This document shows, piece after piece, positions 41,781-50,399 of a DNA stretch of 64,000 bases (within the stretch, counting starts at the first letter, position 1; each line of letters begins with the position of its first letter). The position numbers and the translations under genes were made by a program. This DNA comes from Tubulanus polymorphus. Its lineage: Eukaryota > Animalia > Nemertea. The notes beneath the pieces are model-generated. The model ran no database searches. It worked only from the letters and a program-made list of their open reading frames with translations, and was not told the origin of the DNA. The stretch covers positions 11,119,947 to 11,183,946 of the forward strand of contig NC_134030.1 in NCBI RefSeq assembly GCF_964204645.1, in the 5' to 3' direction.

Positions 41781-42614
41781 CTATTGAGCTAATGTGTGTT
41801 AATGTTGTGCTGATGAGGGTTAACAGCGGGTTGTTTATACTATTTCTGGTATATGAGTAAATTTCTGAAAGTGTTGTGAAAGGGGGTACAGTAAAATCTG
41901 ATAGAACAAAGTATATGTTATAAGTATGGTATGATGATGTAATTATTTCGAGTGTTAATTAAACAGGGGAGACAAAACTATAAGTATAGCAAGATATTTT
42001 TTATTGAATGTGTCTGAAATGAATTCAACAGACAGGTGTGGATGTGATGGTGAATGTAGTTGAATAACAATAGGGGCTAACATGATAGTTGGGATATGCG
42101 AACTCAGATGACCTGTTAATGAGAATACAGAACAATAACACTCCGGTGTAATTTCGAGAGTTCCCACCGACGGTAATGGCATTTTTTCTCTTTATAATCT
42201 TCATTATGAATACTGGGTTCAATGTGATTTATTAGGTTTTGCTTCCGAGAATACTATCATAAATGAATTTATCGTCGGACATCTGTATTGAAACTCCCTG
42301 TTCTTTTCAAAAAGTAATGTGTTCAGAAGGTATTATCTGTTTGTTTTATTCGTTTCTGTTGATGACTGTTTGACTGAATAGATAGTAATATAGATTTTCT
42401 ACTCTGATGACCATCCCGGTGGTAAACCGTGAGAAAGTTTGAATATTCTCTTAACAGGGGGGTAAAACAGACATAGGTGGAGTGACAGTATTTAAAGAAA
42501 CAATGAAGATCAATCACGTGATTTAAAGTAGACCAATGGAATGATTCTGTGGTAACTTAAAAATTACGTTGATTGGTAAATTTTAACATCCTATTGTTGA
42601 TCGAACATTTAAAA

Positions 42615-42758
42615 ATGCCGACTACCGCAGCACGGTCTTTTTCGTTCCAACGCGCCGAAGTATCCAACAACGCAGAACCACGCTATCATCATCATCATCA
42701 TCATCATCGACATTATCGTCACCAAAGGAGACTAAGGAAAGAAAACTCATTTACTAAG
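42615..42758 (+). CDS. Putative 48-codon His/Arg-rich leader exon
   Basis: AAAATG start, MPTTAARSF..HHHHHHHRHYRHQRRLRK..TK, then a consensus donor AAG|GTAAGC; CACGTG and CCAAT boxes upstream. Confidence 0.45.
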
Positions 42759-42901
42759 GTAAGCTACGTATTATTTTCCTTAATTCTACATAATTCTTTT
42801 GTTTAGATATTCTCAATGTGAAATATGTATACTCGTTATCGAAATTTTTGCATTGTATCGAAAAATATTTTACAATTTTTATCAATTTTTTAAGATGAAA
42901 T

Positions 42902-43369
42902 TTACATTCTAATGAAATACTTGCTAACAAATTGTTTAACATAATAATCATTATACTCGTAATCAGTTTTACTAAAACTACTGAATATCTCGGGAAAACA
43001 CATACCGTGTGAGAGAAGAGTTACAAAATATATGCAATAATATCCGCAATTCGTACTAAACAAACTTTGTACTCTAACTCGAGAATAATCCCAGTAATGA
43101 CAGTGTGTATCTAAATAGTTTCTTAATATAATATTATAGAATTGCGGTTGTTGTCCGTAACTATCTAGGAAATAACCTTGTTTATTTGCAAATATTATAA
43201 AACAAATCCAATGTTCTCCGCTCTTATCACTATTTTGAGAGTTTACAATGAAAATACTGGGATACTCAGGAGGTTCGGGTAAACGATCAGCTGCGTAGAC
43301 ACCTTTAAACAATTTGTTCGCACAAGTATCTTCGCGCAAAATATTAATTAATTGATCGGTATACAACAT
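42902..43369 (-). CDS. Adenain-like cysteine maturation protease (155 aa from the ATG at 43369)
   Basis: GEHWI (His), FLDSYG (Asp), VQSLFSTNCGYYC (Gln, Cys); lies directly downstream of the capsid gene. Confidence 0.92.
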   Translation of the reverse strand: MLYTDQLINILREDTCANKLFKGVYAADRLPEPPEYPSIFIVNSQNSDKSGEHWICFIIFANKQGYFLDSYGQQPQFYNIILRNYLDTHCHYWDYSRVRVQSLFSTNCGYYCIYFVTLLSHGMCFPEIFSSFSKTDYEYNDYYVKQFVSKYFIRM

Positions 43370-43373
43370 CTTT

Positions 43374-44693
43374 TTAAAAATCTGTGACAACAGTGCGGTC
43401 TTTTGTAATTTCCAACACTTCATCAAAGTTGGCGTATAATAGTAAATTAATATTTTCTGGTAGAGGTTTTGAAAATTCCAATTCAACGCGAAGGGAACCC
43501 TTTTTACTGATAGCCAGGTCACTGAATCCGAAATCAGGTGTCAGATCGAATGCGGTTAGGAAATATCCGTTAGCATAATCTTTTCTGGTTATTCCAATTG
43601 TCTTATCTTGATATAAAATACCGGTGCCAGTGAACAATGAGAAATATCCTTCACTCAAGTCTTTCGACTCGAAATTTATTGCCGACGCTTCAACTTGCGA
43701 CCCATTGATGGACACCGCAATTCTAGTGATATCATAGTGTTTAAAGTCGAACGGGTTTTTATCGTAACTTCCACTCAGCGATTCGTCCGAGCAGAATCCG
43801 ATAATTATATTCCTCGGTAAATTTCCAATTATCAGATTATCTCTTATAACACTGCGTACTCCACGTGGTATATTCACCGGAAAAATGCTTGTTTTTACAA
43901 AATGGTATTTGGCATTACTAGTAGCCAATGCTTTCTCATGCGCTAACTGAACTGACGGGCTTAGTTGTACTCGTCGCACATTTAATGTAGCGTTTTCAAT
44001 TTTCACTTTGAACTTTACGTCTGGATTCGGGGACATTAAACAAAATGCATCCTTACTTCTGATTAACTTAACTTTAACCGTTACATTCGAGAGAAGTAGT
44101 TTATCTAGTCCGAACGCATCGCTGTGTAATCGAAGTTGCGCTTTTACGAGATTGTTCGGCTTTTTCAGTAAATCATAACGTTCTTTGAGACCCGAGTTAC
44201 AATTCGCGCTTCTAGGATCTGTATCGTTCATACGCCCGGCTTCGTCTTTATATATCATAGCACTTTCCATCCATCCCGGTTTCGTAGATGATTGACAAAA
44301 TATCAAGTTCTCAATAGCGGCTCTAATCGGGTGTAAGTCCATTCCATTACTAATTAATTTGTCGTTGAATCGTACCTCGACGTCACTGAATAGTGACTGA
44401 GCGTAATTAATAAGGGTAGCTACGGGATCATCTGCTTTGTCATTGTTCATCGGACTGCCATCGCCCTTTACAATTTTAAACGTTGCATCTAACCACGTGT
44501 GGTTTAAATCTAGATAATGTTGTGAGTTACCGGTTATAAGAAAATCGATATTTCCGCTATCCGTAATTGTAGCTAACGGTTGATATTTAGCATAATGTGC
44601 GGACTCCATAGTGATATTAGTCATCGGCAGTGAAAAGATGTCCAATTCACTCTTGAGTGCAGGGTGCGAGTCTTTGTGTACTTTCAAACCCAT
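43374..44693 (-). CDS. Major capsid protein (double jelly-roll, Maverick PY)
   Basis: 439 aa; KSELDIFSLP, YLDL, NPFDFKHY, GYFLTAFDLTPD and GSLRVELEF are typical Polinton MCP blocks. Confidence 0.9.
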   Translation of the reverse strand: MGLKVHKDSHPALKSELDIFSLPMTNITMESAHYAKYQPLATITDSGNIDFLITGNSQHYLDLNHTWLDATFKIVKGDGSPMNNDKADDPVATLINYAQSLFSDVEVRFNDKLISNGMDLHPIRAAIENLIFCQSSTKPGWMESAMIYKDEAGRMNDTDPRSANCNSGLKERYDLLKKPNNLVKAQLRLHSDAFGLDKLLLSNVTVKVKLIRSKDAFCLMSPNPDVKFKVKIENATLNVRRVQLSPSVQLAHEKALATSNAKYHFVKTSIFPVNIPRGVRSVIRDNLIIGNLPRNIIIGFCSDESLSGSYDKNPFDFKHYDITRIAVSINGSQVEASAINFESKDLSEGYFSLFTGTGILYQDKTIGITRKDYANGYFLTAFDLTPDFGFSDLAISKKGSLRVELEFSKPLPENINLLLYANFDEVLEITKDRTVVTDF

Positions 44694-44756
44694 GTTATAT
44701 CAGTGTTGATGTTGGCGATAACAATGAAGATGTTAACAATGATAACGATCAGTTAA

Positions 44757-45149
44757 TTAATATGCTTCCAGGCTTTCGATTGTTCCACGTTGACGTTTCA
44801 CCCGACGTCTATTCGACTTCGATTTTACTTTACGTTTTCTCTGATTATTCGGGGCTTTTAATACATTTCGAACGGCTGTTTTACCGTTATTCAATAACGA
44901 TTCTCCTAGATCTCTTCCACCAATGACGTCACCTATTGTGTTGACACCGGCTTTAACTATATGTGGTGCTGCTTTCTTTGCAATTGTCTTAAACAAAGGG
45001 ATCGCTCCCCTGAATAATCCTCCCAGAATAGATCCGATTCCTGCTCCTTTTTGTATCGGTCTACCGTGATAGAAATCATTCCCGCCACCCGCCTGCCGTA
45101 AATAATAATTACAGCAAGCGTCTTGATCTATGATACATTCGGTTTTCAT
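44757..45149 (-). CDS. Small basic Gly-rich virion core / membrane-active protein
   Basis: YYLRQAGGG, QKGAGIGSILGGLFRGAIPLFK amphipathic segment and a Lys/Arg tail; located between the penton and MCP genes. Confidence 0.8.
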   Translation of the reverse strand: MKTECIIDQDACCNYYLRQAGGGNDFYHGRPIQKGAGIGSILGGLFRGAIPLFKTIAKKAAPHIVKAGVNTIGDVIGGRDLGESLLNNGKTAVRNVLKAPNNQRKRKVKSKSNRRRVKRQRGTIESLEAY

Positions 45150-45958
45150 AGTAACAACTTTCGTCTAAAATGTAACACGAGGGATACTTTGCCCCTTTTA
45201 AAGATGGGCGGAGTACCACTGTCCTTAAACATATAGATTTCAATAACGTCCAGTCGATTACTCCTGAGCGGAAGATAATAAGGTCGTCTAAATTCACGAT
45301 CTATAACTGTTTGATTTATATCGTTTACACCTACAATCCTTAACAAAGGTGCGCTATCGTGTCCAACTTGTTGATGTTGAATTAACTCTGAATAGATTAA
45401 GATGTTATGATTATCGGCCATAAGGTCGACCGGTCTAGACGCTATGACCTCGACGTAGCCGAAGTTATCGGATGAACTTGCTTTTCCTATGATTTTAGTT
45501 TCGGTAATATCATCACTAAAAATGTCGGCGTCGACTACATGCATCGAAGGGAAGCCCAACACCCAGGCTAATTCCTTCCTGAACTTAATTTTCGCGTTAG
45601 CGGATAATCTAATCGAAACTCGTTGGCTTATCTCATTATACATTAGTTGTATTTTATTCGCTGCCGGTGATCGCGTTATAACCGAGTTCACATGTTCTAT
45701 CAATGTTTCGATATTTCTATACACACCGCCTGGCACGCTATACGCGTCACTCCATTGTCCATCACCAGAGTCCACATAAAATTCTCCAGTAATTACGTTG
45801 TCGAATTCGCAATTGAAATTTATGTGAACTAACGCGACTTCCCAATTACCTTCTAGGTTAATCGTCCCTCTCAATTTAACTTTAAACTTTTCTTGAGAGT
45901 TTCCTGGAAATTCATCCACGCTTCCATCGCTCAATAATGTTAGATAAAAGTCATGCAT
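45146..45958 (-). CDS. Minor capsid protein (penton, Maverick PX)
   Basis: FYLTLLSD..FPGN..F..L.GNWEVAL N-terminus and IYSELI..VG..APLLR..LHFR C-terminus. Confidence 0.88.
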   Translation of the reverse strand: MHDFYLTLLSDGSVDEFPGNSQEKFKVKLRGTINLEGNWEVALVHINFNCEFDNVITGEFYVDSGDGQWSDAYSVPGGVYRNIETLIEHVNSVITRSPAANKIQLMYNEISQRVSIRLSANAKIKFRKELAWVLGFPSMHVVDADIFSDDITETKIIGKASSSDNFGYVEVIASRPVDLMADNHNILIYSELIQHQQVGHDSAPLLRIVGVNDINQTVIDREFRRPYYLPLRSNRLDVIEIYMFKDSGTPPIFKRGKVSLVLHFRRKLLL

Positions 45959-47045
45959 TCTTCTTCTTTAGTTCTCGTGCCGGAATCCACGAATTGAATT
46001 TCGTCGGGTATCCCAACCACTTCACGAGCAACTCGCGGTTTCTTCCTCGACCGCGTCTTCTTATAATCTTCTCCACTCGGTAAACATCGTCGTTTTTAAT
46101 TACTTTTTGTAATTCGTGACGATAGAATTGTCCCTGAACCTGCTCACCCATTTGATCTATAACGTTATATGTCGGTGGGTTGTGCGGGATCTGTTTTGAA
46201 ACCGAGAATATTTCGTGCGACCATCCGGGTAAATAACCCTTGTCGAAATCTTTCTTATATCTTGCGATTCTGACGGTATCCCCAATAGAAAACTTGTACT
46301 GTTTGTTCATAAGAGACTCTTTTCCGTATAGGTTTTCCCACACCAACTTCTCATTATTTTCACTAACTTGAGACGGGTTCATTTTTATCGACCTATGATA
46401 CGAATTGTTGTAGGCATTTATAATCTTAGGAAGAACATCTATATAGGTTTTCGTCTTGTACGCGGTCATATAGCGGAATAATCTTCCCTTTAACGTTCTG
46501 ATGAATCGCTCGACAATACTACATTTCACTGTATCCTCGCTCGTAAAGTGATGAATGTTATACTTCTTTGTTATCTTACTAAAATATGCATTCAAAAATT
46601 CTTTGCCCTTATCACTTTGAACTTTTTTCATACGACTTTTAATCGCTATACCTTCGAATGCGCTACTAACTTCTCCACCATTTTTCGACTTTAGGGGTAT
46701 GGCGTAAGCGAATTTAGAAAAAACGTCGATCGAAACCAGTAGATATTTAATTCCTTTATTATACTTAGATATATTCGATAAATCACACAAATCGATTTGA
46801 TGCTGTTGATTGATACCGGATACTATTGTTCTATTCCTCTTGAAACGCACGCGAGTAGGACGATGAAGCGTATATGCCTCTTGCGATTTCAGAAAGTCTC
46901 TAATAACGTCTATACCAATTTCATTTCCGGACAGCTTCGCGGCGCGATGTAATGCATTCAAACCACCGAATGCGCTTGGGTTTTCTGGGTTGTAGTACAG
47001 GTTGTTCAGTATCTTTTTCAAGTCCGAGGTCAGGCGAGTCGACAT
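45951..47045 (-). CDS. int: Retroviral-like DDE integrase with C-terminal chromodomain
   Basis: LYYNP, QIDL (D), IDVFSK, QSDKGKEF (D), IVERFIRT (E), YNNSYHRSIKMNP; chromodomain YRVEKII..LVKWLGY..FNSWIP. Confidence 0.96.
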   Translation of the reverse strand: MSTRLTSDLKKILNNLYYNPENPSAFGGLNALHRAAKLSGNEIGIDVIRDFLKSQEAYTLHRPTRVRFKRNRTIVSGINQQHQIDLCDLSNISKYNKGIKYLLVSIDVFSKFAYAIPLKSKNGGEVSSAFEGIAIKSRMKKVQSDKGKEFLNAYFSKITKKYNIHHFTSEDTVKCSIVERFIRTLKGRLFRYMTAYKTKTYIDVLPKIINAYNNSYHRSIKMNPSQVSENNEKLVWENLYGKESLMNKQYKFSIGDTVRIARYKKDFDKGYLPGWSHEIFSVSKQIPHNPPTYNVIDQMGEQVQGQFYRHELQKVIKNDDVYRVEKIIRRRGRGRNRELLVKWLGYPTKFNSWIPARELKKKNA

Positions 47046-47142
47046 CGTCTTTCACTTTTGACTGTTGCACACAACACGAAATGTTGAATTTTTTACAATT
47101 AATGTTAATGAGCGATTGCGGTAAACAATCAGACTTCATCAT
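46921..47142 (-). CDS. Small Cys-containing ORF (73 aa) overlapping the integrase 5' end
   Basis: ATG 14 nt after the TBP-like stop; fills the only gap in the gene array; overlaps int by 125 nt in another frame. Confidence 0.4.
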   Translation of the reverse strand: MMKSDCLPQSLININCKKFNISCCVQQSKVKDDVDSPDLGLEKDTEQPVLQPRKPKRIRWFECITSRREAVRK

Positions 47143-47155
47143 TTCGTTATCCCGA

Positions 47156-47692
47156 TTATTCACACATATGCATATTGAACAACACATGCGGCAACACCGA
47201 AATCATCTGCTTTAAAGATTTACACCCGCTAATAATCACACATCCCTTATGTTGTATTATAAATGTAACATTTCCACAGCGAGATATGAGGCTGGGGGTG
47301 ATCTCCGGATCATATCGCCCACCTAATAACGTGTGTAGTTGGGATAAGTTAACTTTAATTCCCGTTCTCGCAACACCTGTCATTGTTTGAATTTTAAATT
47401 CTGTCAATCTAACGGCGGCAGTGGTATTAATCTTTTGTATCAATCTAGCAAATCGTCGCACACTGGTATAACTCTCGCTGGATGACTTTGCTCCGTTACA
47501 TACTATTCTCCCGCTTGCGAATAATAGACACGTGCCCCTGATGCGCTTATTCCTAAGAATTAATGCGTTAAATTTACGAGGGTTGTACACTACGTTTGAC
47601 ATTGTCCTAGACAACTCCTCTAGATTGAGCTTACAATTAAGATTTGCAGTCGCTACTACATTAACAACGTCGATCATTTCTGATGTTACCAT
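47156..47692 (-). CDS. TBP: TATA-box-binding-protein-like protein (divergent TBP core, 178 aa)
   Basis: Two TBP repeats: NVVATANL, YNPRKFNALILR, LLFASGRIVCNGAKS, RRFARLIQK; then FKIQTMTG, YDPEITPSLISR, VIISGCKS. Intronless and lacking an N-terminal extension. Confidence 0.9.
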   Translation of the reverse strand: MVTSEMIDVVNVVATANLNCKLNLEELSRTMSNVVYNPRKFNALILRNKRIRGTCLLFASGRIVCNGAKSSSESYTSVRRFARLIQKINTTAAVRLTEFKIQTMTGVARTGIKVNLSQLHTLLGGRYDPEITPSLISRCGNVTFIIQHKGCVIISGCKSLKQMISVLPHVLFNMHMCE

Positions 47693-47958
47693 TACGAGAA
47701 CTAGATACTAAATGAACTTGGATAAAATGAGATAGAATCTAAATTTTCTCCATTCATTCTCTTTCAGATATAGATCACTCGACGACAACGACGACGACGA
47801 CGTATATTAGAATTTCAAACTTACATTAGATTCATCAAAACGTATCAAGACAATCGAATAAAAAAGGTAATCCGATGATAAATTAGCTTTATCATTATTA
47901 TTATTATTACTATTATTATTATCATTATATTCTACAAATACACTAAACAAAAATATGT

Positions 47959-48696
47959 TCACATATAAATCCAATTTTCGAAATCTATATCTTTAGAATT
48001 TTTAGATGGCGTAGTCATCCTCCTCCTCTTCGTCATCTTTGCTTCGAATTCATTCTTAACGTTCGGGCGATTGTTAATTAATTTATTTCTAACGAATTTA
48101 TTCGGGATAAACGTCTGTGGAACGGACATATCTTGTAATGCCTTGATGAAATCGTCGAGTCCGTTCATTTGTTGAGACTTGTTAGGTGTCATGCAGAGAT
48201 TGATTAAATCGACGATATTACTATCATCTCTTTTGACACCTTTTACTATTATCTCCCCCTTATCGGTCCATGACAATATTTCGGAATATCGCTTTATTCG
48301 CTCCAATAACATTTCCGATTTCTTTCTATAGTTTTTCGGTACGTTATTCAAAATTTCCTGGTCGAATTCACTTTTAGTTTCGGTAGTTCGTTTTAAATCA
48401 CGATCGGTATTCAATGCACTGCTTTTACTTACTATGTTAGAATTAGTGATCGTCGACTCCTTTGAATGTTTTTCGATTTGCATTAGTTTATTCAACGCGT
48501 CGTTATACATCTTCAATTTCACGTCGTCCTTCACATCATTATCCATTTGAAGGATATCGGACATTTGACTTTCTATATTTTTCACGCGATTCGTTTCACC
48601 ACTCGAAGATTCTCGCTTGTCATCGGTTGATGTGATTTTTTCAATCATGGGAATAAATGATCCCGGAACAACGTAAAGTTTTTCAACGTTCTTCAT
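47959..48696 (-). CDS. Conserved Maverick protein of unknown function (PZ-like)
   Basis: 245 aa; K.KMYNDAL, LSWTDKGEI, SNIVDLI, G..DF..AL...VP..FI.N and a C-terminal W, as recalled from Maverick accessory ORFs. Confidence 0.7.
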   Translation of the reverse strand: MKNVEKLYVVPGSFIPMIEKITSTDDKRESSSGETNRVKNIESQMSDILQMDNDVKDDVKLKMYNDALNKLMQIEKHSKESTITNSNIVSKSSALNTDRDLKRTTETKSEFDQEILNNVPKNYRKKSEMLLERIKRYSEILSWTDKGEIIVKGVKRDDSNIVDLINLCMTPNKSQQMNGLDDFIKALQDMSVPQTFIPNKFVRNKLINNRPNVKNEFEAKMTKRRRMTTPSKNSKDIDFENWIYM

Positions 48697-49019
48697 TCCA
48701 TAAACCCGAGTAGTCGACCGATTCCTTTCAGTATCAGTCCAAGGAAACCGCCTTTTTGCACGATTAATGATTTTTTCGATTTAATCGGTACTCGTCTATT
48801 AGCGAGAATTCGAATCCACTTCTTATGTCGCTTCAATTTCTTTTTATCCGATTCGCTGTGTTTGATATTCCCTCTTAATGAATTTATACAGACTTCGCAA
48901 ATAACTTTCACTAATCTGTTCGACGATGATGACAGAATCGCATCGCGCATATTTTTCTTTCCATCGCATAAAAGTCTTAAGTGAGGAGCGAATTCCTTCA
49001 AATGCAAGTGGTTCCTCAT
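48693..49019 (-). CDS. Small basic conserved Maverick protein (PW/core-protein-like)
   Basis: 108 aa; ICEVCINSLRGNI, Lys-rich stretch, C-terminal QKGGFLGLIL; ATGA overlap with the next gene. Confidence 0.75.
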   Translation of the reverse strand: MRNHLHLKEFAPHLRLLCDGKKNMRDAILSSSSNRLVKVICEVCINSLRGNIKHSESDKKKLKRHKKWIRILANRRVPIKSKKSLIVQKGGFLGLILKGIGRLLGFME

Positions 49020-49052
49020 TTTATCAATTGACGATGTTCGCGTGAAATTACA

Positions 49053-49700
49053 TTATTTAATACTTTTTATCTTATAATAAATATGATATCCCTCGCTGGG
49101 AAATATTCGTGTGCGTAATCTCCATTTGTCCGACGTTTGTGGTTTGAAATCACAAAATAGATATCCACGCGGTGAAATTGAGGTCGCATCTGTAAACGCC
49201 TCCTCGAGCGATTTACCTAACCCGGACTGCATCGCTAAAGTCTTTACTTGGAGTCGATCCCTCGGATGCTTGAATAGAACTATATAATGCGTGTTTAACG
49301 ATATTGTCCGAAAATGAGGTCCTCTCGGGAAAAGGGTTTGCGATATTAGAATCACTTGAAGTTTTCTATGATGACTACCACGTGTAAAAATGGTCTCCAA
49401 TAATTTGGGGTCGCACTCGTTCAATACATCATCCAAAATAAGTAGTTTTGTTGTCTCTGAACCTGACAAACTTTCGTACAATTCCTCTGTTAAACCCTTA
49501 ATAAACTCAACTCCCTCTGTATCGTGATAGATTTCCTGATCTTCGGCGTACACCCAAACTATACGATCGGGAAATGGATCGAACATTCTTTCTTCAATCA
49601 ATCTTTTAGTAAAGACTGTCTTCCCGATACCAGTCATTCCATTGATAATCGACGTGAACCATCCTTGCAATTTAGTCGGCGGTAAATCAGCTATTTCCAT
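49053..49700 (-). CDS. A32/FtsK-like DNA packaging ATPase
   Basis: Walker A GMTGIGKT, Walker B LLILDD, RGSHHRK, ISQ, RTISLNTHY. Confidence 0.95.
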   Translation of the reverse strand: MEIADLPPTKLQGWFTSIINGMTGIGKTVFTKRLIEERMFDPFPDRIVWVYAEDQEIYHDTEGVEFIKGLTEELYESLSGSETTKLLILDDVLNECDPKLLETIFTRGSHHRKLQVILISQTLFPRGPHFRTISLNTHYIVLFKHPRDRLQVKTLAMQSGLGKSLEEAFTDATSISPRGYLFCDFKPQTSDKWRLRTRIFPSEGYHIYYKIKSIK

Positions 49701-49822
49701 TGCCCCCTTTTACCACAGATTAACAGAATCAAAATTAACAGCGATCTATCCAAAACACGTTCATTTTAAAGATTATTATCCACACATTATATTTATTTCT
49801 GTCTTCCTTTCTTTTTCTTTAG

Positions 49823-50361
49823 ATGGCACAGAAACAAGTATCAGAACGACTCAGCTTAGGACCAGTCGCCCTACCCAAGCGGTATGGGTGCACAATGTGC
49901 GAGCTGGTGTTCGCACACGCCAGCTCGAGATCCCGGCACATTAACCGGGTGCACAAAAAGAGTAAACCGCTTTGTGCCAAATGCGGGGAGGGGTTTAGCA
50001 CGACGGCCTACCGGGACAGGCACCAATCACGTTGTGCGAGACCCCTCCCAATCCCAGCGGCACGACGGCGACTGGTCCTTGAAGCACCGGCACCGCCAGC
50101 AGCAGCAGTAGGGGCGCCGCCAGCAGCAGCAGTGCCAGCAGCAGCAGTAGGGGCGCCGCCAGCAGCATCAGTGCCAGCAGCAGCAGTGCCAGCAGCAGTA
50201 TTGCCAGCAGCAGCAGTAGGGGCGCCACCAGCAGCATCAGTGCCAGCAGCAGTATTGCCAGCAGCAGCAGTAGGGGCCCCACCAGCAGCAGCAGCAGTGC
50301 CAGCAGCAGTGCCAGCAGTAGTAGGGGCACCACCAGCAGCAGCAGGGGCACCACCAGCAGC

Positions 50362-50399
<38 letters not shown>

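Noticed and set aside
41900-42520. Short minus-strand ORFs near the Maverick left TIR
   Set aside because: All are 75 aa or less with no motif; could not assemble a credible spliced gene.
43370-43522. N-terminal 51 aa of the 206-aa protease ORF call
   Set aside because: Overlaps the MCP 3' end; protease homology starts at the ATG at 43369.
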